From Lytechinus pictus (Eukaryota), in assembly GCF_037042905.1 (NCBI RefSeq), contig NC_087250.1:4156001-4220000 (forward strand): a stretch of 64,000 bases of DNA. The letters are read 5' to 3'. The notes beneath the pieces are model-generated. The model was given only the letters and a program-made list of their open reading frames with translations. It was not told where the DNA came from and did not search any database. The position numbers were made by a program, and so were the translations under genes. Below are positions 62,962 to 64,000 of the stretch, piece by piece; position 1 is the first letter of the stretch; the number at the start of each line of letters is the position of its first letter.

Positions 62962-64000
62962 TTAACTTATACAAATGCCAACGTCACTAATGAAACTAAA
63001 TAAAACACATAAATCCTTTAGAATTGTCATCTCTAACAATAAGAGTTAAGAAGTGATTCGTCAATGATGACATTTTCTAATGAAAGATCTAGGAAAATAT
63101 TATCGCACATTAGAAAATAATGCACCAAGGTTAGAAAAACTGTCCTCTGAAAATCAATATTATACTTACAGCTCACTTCCACTTCGTCCCTTTGATCCCG
63201 TTTCCGACCGCAGCATCTGATAAAGCTTCTCAAAGTTTCCGAAGCATGACAGTTGAAGGATCTTCAGAGATGCTGACTTCTTGGTGGCCTTGACGAAACT
63301 TTGGATGGTAGCGTCTGAGACTTCCCCACATGTTTCCTCGACTTCTTCAGCATAGTGACGGAGTTGGTCACCCGAGGGTCCTGCCTTGATGTGGGACACC
63401 TTCGGCAACGTCTGAAGAACCATGGTCAGGATTTGGATCAGTGTCTCGGAGCTGAAGAAGTTGCTTAGCTGGAGATGCTCTAAATTGGTTAGGTTGCCCA
63501 GGACATTGTCAAGACCTTTGAGGCTGTTCCGGTGGCTGTCCACATTCCCTGGGTCGTGGTACATGATACACGAAAGACTCAGTACTTTCAGATTGGGATA
63601 GTTCCGGCACCATGCTGGTAGGTTTATGTACTTTGGATCAACATCCGTGCCCGTGAGCTCTTCCAGGGTCTCGGAAGAATGGAGATTAGAGATAAAATCG
63701 CTCGTAGAGAAGATTGAGTTCACCCTCAGACGCCGGAGGGTAGGTATAACGACGTCATCGGATAGTCTTCGTAAGGCTTCTCTTGAGGGACTGAATGTGT
63801 GTGGCATGTCAAAGATCATTTCTGGCACGGATGAGAAGTAACCATTCTGTAAACAAGCCGTAGCATAGTCCATATCAATTCGAGATGCAATGCAGAACTG
63901 GACTTTCTCTATATGAACTGGTTCCTCAGCTTCCCTAACAGAATTCAGGATGAAGTACCTGAAAGCGACATCTATCAAGAATCTCTTTGTGAACGCTGTA
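62962..64000 (-). CDS. 3' end of an LRR-containing protein gene, probably NLR (NACHT-LRR) type. Large exon 63170->64000 (open to the edge), probable last exon 62962-62995
   Basis: More than 270 open codons with RNI-like LRR segments (YPNLKVLSLS, LTNLEHLQLS, SLKILQLS). The ORF-track stop coincides with a CT|gtaagt donor, and an acceptor ttttatttag at 62996 gives LFISDVGICIS*. The NLR call is inference; no NACHT domain is in the window. Confidence 0.55.

Noticed and set aside
63166..63169. TAA stop of the 270-aa ORF as the true gene end
   Set aside because: It overlaps a consensus GTAAGT donor with a matching downstream acceptor, so it is more likely intronic.

Overview
AT-rich, intron-rich animal genomic DNA. 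The SINE/MITE repertoire and gene content suggest an echinoderm such as a sea urchin (inference). No prokaryotic systems, CRISPR arrays or rRNA were seen. Three host genes can be built by hand from phase-consistent GT-AG exons. (1) A FAM199X orthologue on the minus strand, 7 exons at 11151->3, running off the left edge. (2) A CHST15/GalNAc4S-6ST-like Golgi sulfotransferase on the plus strand, 8 firm exons at 34460-54231 plus a probable ATG exon at 18094. (3) The 3' end of an LRR-type, probably NLR, gene on the minus strand at the right edge. The rest is mobile DNA: a nearly intact single-ORF L2/CR1-group LINE (43105-46821, one 2-bp frameshift), tRNA-derived SINEs that share its 3' tail, many nested MITEs, older LINE fragments and satellites. 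The most notable observations are: an eIF4E-binding-like YxxxxLL motif behind a signal-peptide-like segment at the LINE N-terminus; repeated local duplication of exon/intron junctions and of the terminal exon in both well-resolved genes; a heavily eroded DIRS/Ngaro-like RT-RNase H fossil at about 23.9-25.4 kb; and an antisense G-rich array whose units resemble acceptor-microexon-donor cassettes. All family assignments come from motifs recognised by eye and need database confirmation.
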